A stretch of 64,000 nt of DNA from Candidatus Saccharimonadota bacterium (GCA_031973215.1 DALYDK010000003.1:27576-91575); one strand, 5' to 3'. Positions 17,990 through 28,142 are shown, numbered from the stretch's first letter. The notes: generated from the sequence alone by a model not told the origin. Program-made: numbers and translations.

Positions 17990-19297
17990 ATGTTTAAAAA
18001 ACAGACTATTTATGAAATGCCCGACCTGCAAGGTAAGGTAGTTATTGTAAGAGTTGACTACAATGTTCCAGTCAATGAATTTGGACTAATTACAGACGAT
18101 TATCGAATTCGACAATCGTTGCCTTCAATTGAGCATTTAAGATCTTTAGGCGCCAAAATTGTGTTAATTTCGCACCTTGGGCGTCCTTCTAGCAAAGAAG
18201 ATAAGCAGTATAGCCTTGCGCCGGTTGCTGAAAAACTTAAAGATCTGCTGCACTTACCAGTAAAGTTTGTTGAAGATTGTCAGGGTCCTAAGGTTCAAAA
18301 AGAAGTTAATGAACTAAAAAATGGCCAAATAATACTGCTTGAAAACCTTAGATTTTACAAAGAAGAAGAATCTAATGATGCAAAATTTGCGAAAAACATA
18401 GCCTCTTTGGGTGATTATTTTGTGCAGGATGGTTTTGGTGTCGTCCATCGTGCACATGCCTCTACTAGTGCTATAACATCTTACTTACCTAGTTATGCCG
18501 GATTATTGCTTTCAAAGGAAGTAACTACCATAGAACAGTCACTACAGAACCCAAAAAGGCCACTACTAGTAGTGGTTGGGGGAGCCAAAATTTCCGATAA
18601 AATTGAATTGCTTAAAATTTTCATTCAAAAAGCCGATTTTGTGGCGGTGGTTGGAGCAATGGCTAATAACTTTTTGGTTGCAGAGGGTCATAAGGTAGGA
18701 AAAAGCTTAATAGAAAAAGATGCCATAGATAGCGCTAAAGAAATAATTCAGCTCGCCAATAATGAGTCAACAAAAAGAAACTTTACCTTTTATTTACCAG
18801 AAGACGTAGTTGTTGCCAACGAGATAGACTCAAAATCGCCAACTAGAGTGGTTGATTTAAAGGCAAATACCTGGGCAGATATAACCAGCTATCCTAAGCA
18901 GCCAAACCAATCTCTTTATACCGTTCAGTCAAATGAACTTATATTAGACATTGGTCCAATATCTAGTGCTTACATAGCCGGGGCAATTAAGCTTGCAAGC
19001 ACAGTAATTTGGAACGGGACTGCAGGGGTCACAGAAGTTAAGGGTTGGCACGGAGCGGCTGATCCTTTTGCTCATGGAACAAAATTTATATCATCGGCAA
19101 TGACAAACGAAAAATCAGGCCACAAAAACAAACCCTTTGTTTTGGTTGGTGGCGGTGACACTGTCGGTTTTGTTGAATCAGTTGAAGGACTAAGAGAAAA
19201 ACTTGGTTTTGTTTCTACAGGCGGCGGTGCAAGTTTAGATTTAATGGCCGGAAAGAAATTGCCCGGAGTTGAAGCTCTGCTAGATTCAAAAAGCTAA
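17990..19297 (+). CDS. pgk: phosphoglycerate kinase
   Basis: 435 aa. RVDYNVP, SHLGRP and GGGDT...STGGGASLD motifs. Somewhat longer than the typical ~395 aa. Confidence 0.95.
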   Translation: MFKKQTIYEMPDLQGKVVIVRVDYNVPVNEFGLITDDYRIRQSLPSIEHLRSLGAKIVLISHLGRPSSKEDKQYSLAPVAEKLKDLLHLPVKFVEDCQGPKVQKEVNELKNGQIILLENLRFYKEEESNDAKFAKNIASLGDYFVQDGFGVVHRAHASTSAITSYLPSYAGLLLSKEVTTIEQSLQNPKRPLLVVVGGAKISDKIELLKIFIQKADFVAVVGAMANNFLVAEGHKVGKSLIEKDAIDSAKEIIQLANNESTKRNFTFYLPEDVVVANEIDSKSPTRVVDLKANTWADITSYPKQPNQSLYTVQSNELILDIGPISSAYIAGAIKLASTVIWNGTAGVTEVKGWHGAADPFAHGTKFISSAMTNEKSGHKNKPFVLVGGGDTVGFVESVEGLREKLGFVSTGGGASLDLMAGKKLPGVEALLDSKS

Positions 19298-19330
19298 TGA
19301 TTGTATACTAAGCACTAATAGGGGAGATAG

Positions 19331-20119
19331 ATGAACAAAAAGTATTTAATTGTAGGCAACTGGAAAATGAACCTTAATGTTAGCCAGGCTAGTTTACTTG
19401 TTCATCGTCTTAATGAGCACATTTCACAGCATAAAGATATAGAGGTAGTTTTAGCTCCTACAATGCTTGCTCTGCAGCCAATTAGTCTGCAAATAGATCA
19501 TCGTAAGTTTAAGCTTTCGGCGCAAGATGCCTATTATAAAGATGAGGGTGCATTTACTGGGCAAGTTTCATTTACTATGCTTAAAAATCTTGTTAAATAC
19601 TCAATAATTGGCCATTCAGAAAGAAGGCATATCTTTGGCGAATCGTTAGATACCGTAGCTCATAAAATGGCTGCAGCAGTTAGAAACAATATCATCCCAA
19701 TACTGTGTGTCGGCGAAACAAAAACAGAAAAACTGGCTGGTGAAACCAATCAGGTATTACATGATCAGGTAGAAACCGCACTAGCTAATTTAACAACTGA
19801 AGATATTACAAATTTAGTCATAGCTTATGAGCCGGTTTGGGCAATTGGTACTGGCGAGATTGCTACCCCAGATCAAGCAATTGCAGCAGCAAAAGTAATA
19901 CGTAACGATGTCAGGGAGCTCTACGGAGATGAAGCGGCTTCTAGTTTAAGAATTTTATATGGCGGTAGCGTCAAGCCTGAGTTCGTTCAAGGATTTTTAT
20001 CTAGCGATCAAATTAATGGTCTTTTGGTCGGCGGTGCAAGTCTTAACTATAAGCAGTTCTCGGACATTGTAAGCAACACATATAAGCAGGCACATAATAT
20101 TAGAAGCAGGGATGATTAA
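19331..20119 (+). CDS. tpiA: triosephosphate isomerase
   Basis: 262 aa. GNWKMN, IGHSERR, AYEPVWAIGTG and YGGSV motifs. Confidence 0.96.
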   Translation: MNKKYLIVGNWKMNLNVSQASLLVHRLNEHISQHKDIEVVLAPTMLALQPISLQIDHRKFKLSAQDAYYKDEGAFTGQVSFTMLKNLVKYSIIGHSERRHIFGESLDTVAHKMAAAVRNNIIPILCVGETKTEKLAGETNQVLHDQVETALANLTTEDITNLVIAYEPVWAIGTGEIATPDQAIAAAKVIRNDVRELYGDEAASSLRILYGGSVKPEFVQGFLSSDQINGLLVGGASLNYKQFSDIVSNTYKQAHNIRSRDD

Positions 20120-20583
20120 TGGCGGACAAAATTACAAAAATAGCGGTTTCAGATAATATCAATGATTTAAAGCAAGAAACCAGCGACGAGACAACTAAAG
20201 TAGATACTCCTACTGAAGCGCCTATAGAAGAAAAGCCAGAGGAAATTCAGAAAGAAGAAAATACAAGCTCTAATACTGCAAAGACTACAGTAACAGGCGA
20301 AAAGCGTATAGAACCTCTAACAAAACCAGAAGAACAGTCCGAAAAACCCGCAGCTAATAATAGTGCCGCCGATCCAGAAGAGCATCCAACGCCAGATTCT
20401 TCGCAAATAATGACCGCACGCGCCGAAGAACAAATGCAAAACCCTGGAATATTTGACACAAAAGAATATCATCTTCCAATTACTCAGTCGGTGCATGGCC
20501 ACGGTTCTAAAGTTGGAGCTTTACTTTTTGGAGTTATATTCGCCTTTGTTGTTATTGCTGCTGCAATATATTTTTTGCAATAA
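20119..20583 (+). CDS. hypothetical acidic protein with a C-terminal transmembrane anchor
   Basis: 154 aa, translationally coupled to tpiA (TAATG overlap). Low-complexity E/P/T-rich region followed by ALLFGVIFAFVVIAAAIYFLQ. Confidence 0.6.
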   Translation: MADKITKIAVSDNINDLKQETSDETTKVDTPTEAPIEEKPEEIQKEENTSSNTAKTTVTGEKRIEPLTKPEEQSEKPAANNSAADPEEHPTPDSSQIMTARAEEQMQNPGIFDTKEYHLPITQSVHGHGSKVGALLFGVIFAFVVIAAAIYFLQ

Positions 20584-20631
20584 AATAACACAACATTATT
20601 ACGCTTATAAAATTGTTAAAATATATTACTA

Positions 20632-22767
20632 GTGCAATCAAAATTTACAAACGACTTAAATGAAGAACAGCAAAAGGCCGTCTTAACAACAGAAGGTCCG
20701 CTTCTTATACTAGCCGGCGCTGGTAGTGGTAAAACAAAAACTATCACTCACCGAATTGCCTATATTTTAGAAAAAAACTTGGCAATTCCTACGCAGATTT
20801 TAGCTGTTTCTTTTACTAATAAGGCAGCGGGCGAAATGAGAGAACGGGTTGCCAACTTACTAGGTTTACCAGGTTATGATAGGTCGTTTATGCCATATAT
20901 GGGTACTTTTCACGGTATTTGCGTTCGTATTTTACGACAAGATGGAGATTATATTGGAATACCAAGGAATTTTGTTATTTTCGATGAATCTGACAGATTG
21001 GCACTAATAAAGCAGTTGTCTAAGCAGCTGCAAATAGACGAAAAAAAATATCCAGCACGGGTGATCGGCTCATTAATAAGCTCTGCTAAAAATGAACTAG
21101 TTGGGTCCCATGAGTTTGCCAGCTTTGCCAGCAGCCCAGCGCAAAAAGTAGCATCTGATATTTTTCCTTTGTACGAGCAGTCTTTAAGGCAACACAATGC
21201 ACTTGATTTCGACGATCTTATTGGCCGAACAGTTTCCTTGATGGCTACTCAAGATGAAATTAATCAAAAATGGCGTAACCAATTTAAATATATTCTTATA
21301 GACGAGTATCAAGATACAAATTCTGCCCAGTATAAATTAATTAAGTTACTAGTTAATGATAGTAAAAATTTATGTGTTGTTGGAGACGATTGGCAGAGCA
21401 TTTACAGCTGGCGTGGAGCAGATTTTAAAAACATACTTAATTTTGAAAGAGACTATCCAAATGCAACCGTTATTAGGTTAGAGCAAAATTATAGAAGCAC
21501 AAAAAATATTCTAGATGCAGCCCATAGTGTTATAGCTAAAAATACTCAAAGATCAGATAAAAAATTATGGACTGCCAAGCAAAGTGGACAGCCGGTAGAA
21601 ATTATTAGCGTTCATAACGAAAGAGCCGAAGCAGAGACAATAGTTAGGCGTATAAAAACTTTAGCCGATATGGGTCTGAGGAATTATGCAGATTGCGCAA
21701 TTTTATACAGAACAAACGCTCAAAGCCGTGGCCTAGAAGAGCAATTTATGCGTTTTGGCATACCCTACAAAATAGTCGGAGGTGTCAGATTTTACGATAG
21801 AGCCGAAATTAAAGACATTATTGCTTACCTTAGGCTAATGTATCAATCAGAAGACGAAACCAGCTTTAGAAGAATAATAAATGTACCTAGCAGAGGTTTG
21901 GGCGCAAAATCTATAGAAAAGTTCTTTGATTTTAAAACGTCACAAAACTATTCTATTGACCAAGCTCTACTTAGTGTTGACCAAGCAGATTTAACTCAAA
22001 AAGCAAAAAACTCTTTTAAAGAGTTTGCCGATATTATTCATAGCTTTAGAGCCGAGAGTGAGTCCATAACCGTCGCAATTTTGCTCGAAAAATTAATTAA
22101 ACGACTAGGCTTCGAAAATTATTTAGATGACGGAACGCCCCAGGGAGAGGCCAGAAAAGAAAATGTTAAAGAACTTCTTAGTGTTGCTAAGGCATATTCC
22201 GAATACGGTTTAAGTAGCTTTTTAGAAGAAGTTGCTTTAGTAAGTGACCTAGATTCACTAAATAATGACCAAAACTCGGTTACGTTAATGACAATGCATG
22301 CCGCCAAAGGCTTAGAGTTCCCGGTAGTTTTTGTTCCCGGAATGGAAGAGTCAATTTTCCCCCACTCAAGAGCTTTGTACGATCAGTCAGAAATGGAAGA
22401 GGAGCGTCGACTTTGCTATGTGGCAATGACAAGGGCCAAAGAAGAGCTTTATTTAATATCGGCTAGTACCAGAATTTTATATGGAAACCTTCAGGCCAAT
22501 CCACCGTCTAGGTTTTTGGCAGAAATTGCAGAAAAAAATAATCTAAATAAAACCAAAGAAAACACTTTTTCTAGCTCTATGGGCAGTTATCAAAACACCG
22601 AGCCTCGTTACGAAGTCGATTTGCAAGAGGGAGACGTTGTTAGGCATCAACTTTTTGGAGAGGGAACTATTCTAGAAAAAAACAACAATGAAGTGGCTGT
22701 TTATTTTAAAAATAAAGGCGTAAAAAGGTTAAATACCAGCTTTGCTCCGCTTGAAAAGGTTGAGTAA
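20632..22767 (+). CDS. pcrA: ATP-dependent DNA helicase PcrA/UvrD family
   Basis: 711 aa, GTG start. Walker A AGAGSGKT. Helicase motifs TFHGICVRIL, LIDEYQDTN, VGDDWQSIYSWRGA, LEQNYRST, TMHAAKGLEFP and YVAMTRAKEEL. Confidence 0.93.
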   Translation: MQSKFTNDLNEEQQKAVLTTEGPLLILAGAGSGKTKTITHRIAYILEKNLAIPTQILAVSFTNKAAGEMRERVANLLGLPGYDRSFMPYMGTFHGICVRILRQDGDYIGIPRNFVIFDESDRLALIKQLSKQLQIDEKKYPARVIGSLISSAKNELVGSHEFASFASSPAQKVASDIFPLYEQSLRQHNALDFDDLIGRTVSLMATQDEINQKWRNQFKYILIDEYQDTNSAQYKLIKLLVNDSKNLCVVGDDWQSIYSWRGADFKNILNFERDYPNATVIRLEQNYRSTKNILDAAHSVIAKNTQRSDKKLWTAKQSGQPVEIISVHNERAEAETIVRRIKTLADMGLRNYADCAILYRTNAQSRGLEEQFMRFGIPYKIVGGVRFYDRAEIKDIIAYLRLMYQSEDETSFRRIINVPSRGLGAKSIEKFFDFKTSQNYSIDQALLSVDQADLTQKAKNSFKEFADIIHSFRAESESITVAILLEKLIKRLGFENYLDDGTPQGEARKENVKELLSVAKAYSEYGLSSFLEEVALVSDLDSLNNDQNSVTLMTMHAAKGLEFPVVFVPGMEESIFPHSRALYDQSEMEEERRLCYVAMTRAKEELYLISASTRILYGNLQANPPSRFLAEIAEKNNLNKTKENTFSSSMGSYQNTEPRYEVDLQEGDVVRHQLFGEGTILEKNNNEVAVYFKNKGVKRLNTSFAPLEKVE

Positions 22768-23216
22768 TGAAAATAATAGGCAAGCTAATATACCTTTTTT
22801 CTTTTCCATTTATATTATTAATAATACGAAACAGTAAAAGGGTCTATGCGGCAATAATTGTTGAAAATAGAATTTTAGTTACAAAAAACTTTCTAGGTTT
22901 TCATAATGCATGGAGACTTCCTGGAGGTGGCTTAAAAAAGGGAGAGCCCGAAATTCAAGGCCTAATAAGAGAAGTCCAAGAAGAAGTGGGCATATTAATA
23001 ACTGCAGATAACCTTTCTTTAATAATTTCAGAGAAAAAACATAGAAAAAATTTTTTCTACAGTGTCTATTTGTGCAATTTAGATCAACTGCCTGCCATTA
23101 GAATAGATAATAAAGAAATAATAGAAGCCAAGTTCATACCTATAAATGAGCTAATTTCAAGCTCTAACTTGTCGGAATCAACAGACTTGGTTGTCAAGTA
23201 TTTAATGAGCGATTAA
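22767..23216 (+). CDS. NUDIX hydrolase with an N-terminal hydrophobic segment
   Basis: 149 aa. Nudix box GGGLKKGEPEIQGLIREVQEEVGI. ATGA overlap with the pcrA stop. Confidence 0.85.
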   Translation: MKIIGKLIYLFSFPFILLIIRNSKRVYAAIIVENRILVTKNFLGFHNAWRLPGGGLKKGEPEIQGLIREVQEEVGILITADNLSLIISEKKHRKNFFYSVYLCNLDQLPAIRIDNKEIIEAKFIPINELISSSNLSESTDLVVKYLMSD

Positions 23217-23305
23217 TTGGCAATAAACGGCATAATTTGTTAGAATATTAGTTAACGATTTGAGTTAAACCAATATTATGACCAAAAAATTCAAATCAGT
23301 TTAGT

Positions 23306-24508
23306 ATGAAAATTAACCTCGAAACATTTAGTAATTTTATTAAGCGCCATGCTTTCGCTTCTGGCGTTTTTGCCATAATTTTTGGCTTTGTTTTCTTTTC
23401 GTTTAGTTTAGTGGCAGCTAATGGTCAAACTCTTGGACCAAGCGATAACCACATTGTTAGCCTTTATTCAGATAATACTACCTCATCTATTCCCACTAGG
23501 GCAGAAACTGTTGGTGAATTTTTAGAAAAAGCTCAAATTAATTTAGGAGAGTATGATTTAGTTGAACCGTCTAGGGATACTAAAATTACAGAAGATAATT
23601 TTAGAATAACTGTTTATAAAGCCAGACCAGTAACTATTATTGATGGCGAAAATACTTCTTTTGTGATGACTCCCCAAAAAAGTCCTAGGCTAATAGCCGA
23701 GAAAGCCGGAATAACCACGTATCCTGAAGATAATGTTGAACTAACAAGTGTTAATCAGTTTATAGAAGAACAAACCATTGGTGAAAAACTAATAATAGAC
23801 AGAGCAACTCCTGTTTCGCTAAGTCTTTACGGTGCTCCATCTGCTGTTTACAGAACACGAACCACAACTGTAGGAGAATTTTTGAAGCAAAACAATATTA
23901 CCCCAGAAGCTGGAGCAACAATTACGCCTACTGAAACTACTCCTTTAACAGAGAATATGTCTGTATTTATATCAAAGTTCGGCAAAAAAACAGTAACTGA
24001 AGAGGTAGAAGTTCCTTTCGACAAAGAAACAACAAATGACCCTAATCAGCCAGCAGGTAAAATTACTGTAATTACACCAGGAACTCCAGGCAAAAAACAG
24101 GTCACCTACGAACTAGATCTTCGTGACGGAAAAGAAATTGGCAGAAGAACCATTCAAGAAGTGGTCACAGCTCAACCAAAGAAACAGGTACAAACTAAGG
24201 GGACTAAAGTTGCCGTAGTAACTGGCGACAAAGTAGAGTGGATGCGTGCTGCTGGTATTAGCGAATCTGAGTTTGCTGCAGTAGATTTTATAATTGGCCG
24301 TGAATCTGGATGGCGACCTGCCGCTATGAACGCAGGTGGCTGTGGCGGATTAGGCCAAGCATGTCCCGTTTCTAAACTAGCTAGAGTTTGCCCTAACTGG
24401 CAAACCGACCCAGTTTGTCAGTTAAGTTTCTTTGGCGGATACGCCAAGGGTCGCTACGGAAGCTGGACAGGGGCTTATAACTTCTGGCTAAGTAACCGTT
24501 GGTGGTAA
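23306..24508 (+). CDS. cell-wall-associated protein with DUF348-like repeats, a G5 domain and a C-terminal putative muralytic domain (RpfB/YabE-like architecture)
   Basis: 400 aa. N-terminal TM. Repeated TVGEFL...I modules (RAETVGEFLEKAQINL, RTTTVGEFLKQNNITP). G5-like segment (TVITPGTPGKKQVTYELDLRDGKEIGRRTIQEVVTAQPKKQVQTKGTK). Cys-rich C-terminus GRESGWRPAAMNAGGCGGLGQACP. Confidence 0.75.
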   Translation: MKINLETFSNFIKRHAFASGVFAIIFGFVFFSFSLVAANGQTLGPSDNHIVSLYSDNTTSSIPTRAETVGEFLEKAQINLGEYDLVEPSRDTKITEDNFRITVYKARPVTIIDGENTSFVMTPQKSPRLIAEKAGITTYPEDNVELTSVNQFIEEQTIGEKLIIDRATPVSLSLYGAPSAVYRTRTTTVGEFLKQNNITPEAGATITPTETTPLTENMSVFISKFGKKTVTEEVEVPFDKETTNDPNQPAGKITVITPGTPGKKQVTYELDLRDGKEIGRRTIQEVVTAQPKKQVQTKGTKVAVVTGDKVEWMRAAGISESEFAAVDFIIGRESGWRPAAMNAGGCGGLGQACPVSKLARVCPNWQTDPVCQLSFFGGYAKGRYGSWTGAYNFWLSNRWW

Positions 24509-24509
24509 T

Positions 24510-25295
24510 ATGTTTCTGCCCGAAACAGACAAGTCTTTAGGTCAGCATTGGCTAACAGATGACAGTATCCTTGAGGATATTGTAAATGAGGCAGGTATTG
24601 GCCAAGATGATTTAGTAGTTGAAATTGGGCCCGGACCTGGTTTTTTAACAGCCAAGATCCTTGAAAGAACAAATAGGCTTATCGCAATCGAGTTCGACGA
24701 AAAACTTTTTAATAATTTGCAAGATAAATATAATCAAAATAAAGATGTAAAAATTATCAATCAAGATATTCTAAAATTTAATTTTTCTGAAATTTTAGAA
24801 CCCTACAAAATTGTCGCCAATATACCCTATTATTTAACCAGTAATTTGCTAAGAATTTTGTCAGAAATTAACAACGGTCCAGATAGGGCAGTTCTTTTAG
24901 TGCAAAAAGAAGTTGCCGAACGCATAAATTCTAAAGATGGTCAGCATTCCAAGTTAAGTGTTTTTGTTCAAAATGTTTACGAAACAAGCTTAGGGCCTAT
25001 TGTTACAGCAGAAAATTTTACTCCTCCGCCTAAGGTGGATTCTAGGGTAATCATACTAAATAAAAGGGAACAGCCTGTTGTGCCTAGTAGCCTAAAAAAG
25101 GAGTTTTCATCTGTAGTAAGGGCAGGTTTTTCAGAAAAGCGTAAAAAGTTACGAAGCAGCTTAAGCGGTGGGCTTCAAATTCCTAAAGAATCCGTAGATT
25201 TAATTCTAAAACAGAGTAAAATTAATCCAAATTCAAGAGCTCAAGAATTATCAATAAAAAAATGGATAGAAATTGCTAGTAACTTTACAAAGTAA
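24510..25295 (+). CDS. rsmA: 16S rRNA (adenine1518/1519-N6)-dimethyltransferase
   Basis: 261 aa. LGQHWLTD, SAM motif VVEIGPGPGFLT, and ANIPYYLTS. Confidence 0.93.
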   Translation: MFLPETDKSLGQHWLTDDSILEDIVNEAGIGQDDLVVEIGPGPGFLTAKILERTNRLIAIEFDEKLFNNLQDKYNQNKDVKIINQDILKFNFSEILEPYKIVANIPYYLTSNLLRILSEINNGPDRAVLLVQKEVAERINSKDGQHSKLSVFVQNVYETSLGPIVTAENFTPPPKVDSRVIILNKREQPVVPSSLKKEFSSVVRAGFSEKRKKLRSSLSGGLQIPKESVDLILKQSKINPNSRAQELSIKKWIEIASNFTK

Positions 25296-25344
25296 AGTAA
25301 ATAGAGTAAAATTTTATTAAATTAAGTAAGAGACTATAAAAGAA

Positions 25345-26631
25345 ATGACTAAAAAAATTAAAAATCATCCCCTTTTAGCCGTCTTCATGACGGTTTTTAT
25401 AGATTTGCTGGGTGTTGGCATCTTAATACCGGTTTTTCCTCAGTTGGTGACACCTGGCTCCCCAGATAGCATATTGCCCGCTGGCTGGACTGTAGCTCAA
25501 GGATTTATTTTACTTGGCTGGTTGAGTGCCGCGTATCCTTTGGCTCAGTTTTTAGCCGCGCCCATTATGGGTCAACTTGCAGATAGGTTCGGCCGCAAGC
25601 CAGTTCTGGCTATTTCTATACTAGGCACGGCAATTGGCTACGCATTATTTGCAATTGGTTTAATAACTAAAAACATTCCCTTGTTGTTCTTTTCAAGAAT
25701 TTTAGATGGTTTTACTGGCGGAAATATATCTGTTGCCCAAGCTGCCATTGCCGATATTAGTACAGCAAAAAATAGAGCTAAAAACTTTGGGCTTATTGGG
25801 ATGGCATTTGGTCTTGGCTTTATTCTTGGCCCATATATTGGTGGAAAGCTCGCCGACCCCACTGTTGTAAGCTGGTTCAGTGCATCTACGCCTTTTTGGT
25901 TTGCAGCTATATTATCTTTAGTGAATGTTTGCCTAGTATTGTTATTCTTGCCCGAAACCTTAAAAATTAAAAAAACCCAGAGACTCGATCTGGCTAAGCC
26001 TTTTCACAATATTGCCGCTGCTTTTTCTAGGCCTGGTATACGTAGCGTAATGCCTACTAGCTTTTTGTTTACTGCCGGCTTTACGTTCTTTACTACCTTT
26101 TTTGGCTTGGTTCTACTAAATAAATTCGGGTTCTCGCCAAGTAATACCGGAGATTATTTTGCCTATGTAGGCCTGTGGATTGCTATTGTTCAGGGTGGCG
26201 TTGTAGGTTTTGTGGCCAAAAAACGCAAAGACTATCAAGTACTTAGGCTAGCACCGTTCATTACGGCTATTGGTTTAATGGCTTATTTCTTTATTCCTGC
26301 CGGAGAATATAAATGGCTATTTTTGGTTGCCCCTTTTCTGGCGCTTGGAAACGGTCTAACAATGGCATTTATGAGTTCTTTGGTTAGTAGAGTTACACCG
26401 AAGGAAATTCAGGGCGAAGCGCTTGGTATTAATGCAAGCGTTATGGCACTAGCTCAAAGCATTCCAGCAATACTAAGTGGCTACATTGCTACCATTAACG
26501 ATAATTTACCAATTTTAGTAGCTAGTGTAGTAATAGCTCTTGCCGGTGTTGCCTTCTGGATTTTCTTCAAACCAGGTAGAGACGATAAATTCGGCGCACC
26601 CAGCGGAGCCGAAACTGCGCCCGGGCACTAG
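25345..26631 (+). CDS. MFS transporter (drug:H+ antiporter-like)
   Basis: 428 aa with about 12 predicted TM helices. MFS signature GQLADRFGRKPVL between TM2 and TM3. Confidence 0.88.
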   Translation: MTKKIKNHPLLAVFMTVFIDLLGVGILIPVFPQLVTPGSPDSILPAGWTVAQGFILLGWLSAAYPLAQFLAAPIMGQLADRFGRKPVLAISILGTAIGYALFAIGLITKNIPLLFFSRILDGFTGGNISVAQAAIADISTAKNRAKNFGLIGMAFGLGFILGPYIGGKLADPTVVSWFSASTPFWFAAILSLVNVCLVLLFLPETLKIKKTQRLDLAKPFHNIAAAFSRPGIRSVMPTSFLFTAGFTFFTTFFGLVLLNKFGFSPSNTGDYFAYVGLWIAIVQGGVVGFVAKKRKDYQVLRLAPFITAIGLMAYFFIPAGEYKWLFLVAPFLALGNGLTMAFMSSLVSRVTPKEIQGEALGINASVMALAQSIPAILSGYIATINDNLPILVASVVIALAGVAFWIFFKPGRDDKFGAPSGAETAPGH

Positions 26632-26727
26632 ATTAATCATAGCGTTTATGTTATAATTTTATCTGAGAGATATTGCTGGCTGATGCCAAAATATCTTGGC
26701 AAGGTGCGCTTGGCGCACTATAGACGA

Positions 26728-27114
26728 GGGGCTGAATCAAGCTCGACAATGGACCTTAACAAGTTACAAGGCAAGTCGGTTTCGCACCGTTACCGTGAAA
26801 ACTTAGTAGATGCAAAAACATCTCTATTAGGCAAATGGGGCAACTTCAGTTTCGCTCCACAAGCCGTTGCTGCTTAACTAATAAGTAGCGATCCCTAGGC
26901 TAGACATCAGATATAGCAAAGGGGTCTTATATTTATCTGGTTGCCAACCATAGTGCCGTTTGAGCTATGGTTGTAAGACTGCCAAACTGCGCGTTGTTAG
27001 CCTTTTGTTTATTTACCAGCTATTTCGCAAAGACAATTAAAATAAACTAAACTTGTAGAATTGTAACAATTTGTTAACCGTTGGACGCGGGAGTGTTACC
27101 CGCCAGCTCCACCA
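26728..27114 (+). ncRNA. ssrA: tmRNA (SsrA), one-piece, tag peptide (A)GKWGNFSFAPQAVAA
   Basis: 5' GGGGCTG pairs with 3' CAGCTCC-ACCA, including the G3:U70 alanine identity pair. The tag reading frame GGC AAA TGG ... GCT GCT TAA runs 26830-26877 and ends in AVAA. 3' tRNA-like end is GGACGCGGG-AGTGTTA-CCCGCCAGCTCCACCA. The track ORF at 26683-26877 is an artefact of this RNA. Confidence 0.92.
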
Positions 27115-27115
27115 A

Positions 27116-27150
27116 ATGAGCATTATCCATACCGGATAGTGCTCATTTTG
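27116..27150 (+). terminator. rho-independent terminator of ssrA
   Basis: atgagcattatcc-atacc-ggatagtgctcat (12/13 bp) followed by TTTT. Confidence 0.8.
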
Positions 27151-27196
27151 TTTGGCTTTAAGTCGTAAATTGGGCTTAAATTGATACACTTATTAA

Positions 27197-27880
27197 ATGA
27201 TATTCGATCCTTATGTTTGGTTTAAGCCTGACTGGATAATTCACTGTTGTCATGCCGCTGCCAGACATTATTCAGTTAGCAACAAAAAGCCGTCTAGCGA
27301 ACTGGCAAAACTAATCAGTGAGGCTCAGACAACGGCTCTTTTTTGTTTTGGTTTTAACCTTCTATACCACAAAGAGCATCGAATGCAGCTTGTAAATCCC
27401 GATGAACAGAGTCCCGATACAAGGGTTATGTATGAAGTGCCACAAGAAAATGGCAATAAAGCATTGGAATACTATGATATAGAAGTAGTTGAAAAAATTG
27501 AGAAAGATACTACTCCGGAGGGAATAGCGGATTTTATACTAAGAACTAAGTTTGCAAAAGACAAGTCTTATGACAATAAGACCACTATTCTATGTGGCAT
27601 ATATAAAAACATAGAGGCTGAATCGGCCAAAGCAATAAATGAGCATTTATTGAATGCGGGGGTGAAAGAGCATAGTGTTTTTATTTTAGGAGCGGTTGAC
27701 GATAATACCTATCGTTTACTACGAGTTGCTCCTACGATTGATCATGACATAGTATTTGATATGCTTGTGGAAGCAAAGAAGCCATACATTAATGACTCAC
27801 GCGTGCTATTTGGAGCCAATAGCTATCGTAGGCCAAAAACGCAAAAAAACGGGATCTTAAACCCTTTTATGGATTCGTAG
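27197..27880 (+). CDS. hypothetical protein (orphan, immediately downstream of tmRNA)
   Basis: 227-aa ORF. No signal peptide and no recognisable domain. It lies between ssrA and a degenerate copy of the ssrA 3' end. Confidence 0.55.
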   Translation: MIFDPYVWFKPDWIIHCCHAAARHYSVSNKKPSSELAKLISEAQTTALFCFGFNLLYHKEHRMQLVNPDEQSPDTRVMYEVPQENGNKALEYYDIEVVEKIEKDTTPEGIADFILRTKFAKDKSYDNKTTILCGIYKNIEAESAKAINEHLLNAGVKEHSVFILGAVDDNTYRLLRVAPTIDHDIVFDMLVEAKKPYINDSRVLFGANSYRRPKTQKNGILNPFMDS

Positions 27881-28142
27881 ATAAATAATATTTTGCCAGA
27901 ATCCTTACCCACAGAATGGCTTTAGAATCTTAGAATTGTATACAAAGGGTAAAAGCTAAATCTGACACAGTATTCATAAATATAAAAATGTGAATTACAA
28001 GCTTAGCACAGCCTACGTGACTAAAGCTCAGCGAGGTACCCTTCGGGTATATGTTTAATCTTATACTGTTTCCACTCAATTATTAAAATTCGCCCCCCAA
28101 CGCCTCAGTTCTTCGGCTACTTGGTGCCAATTTTTATCAAGG

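Noticed and set aside
20119-20583. SecG, which often follows tpiA in Gram-positive glycolytic operons
   Set aside because: The protein has a long acidic low-complexity N-region and only one C-terminal TM helix, not the two-TM Gly-rich SecG topology.
26683-26877. 64-aa ORF in the track (MPKYLGKVRLAHYRRG...APQAVAA)
   Set aside because: It overlaps the 5' half of tmRNA. Only its last 15 codons (the tag reading frame) are meaningful, so it is not an independent protein gene.
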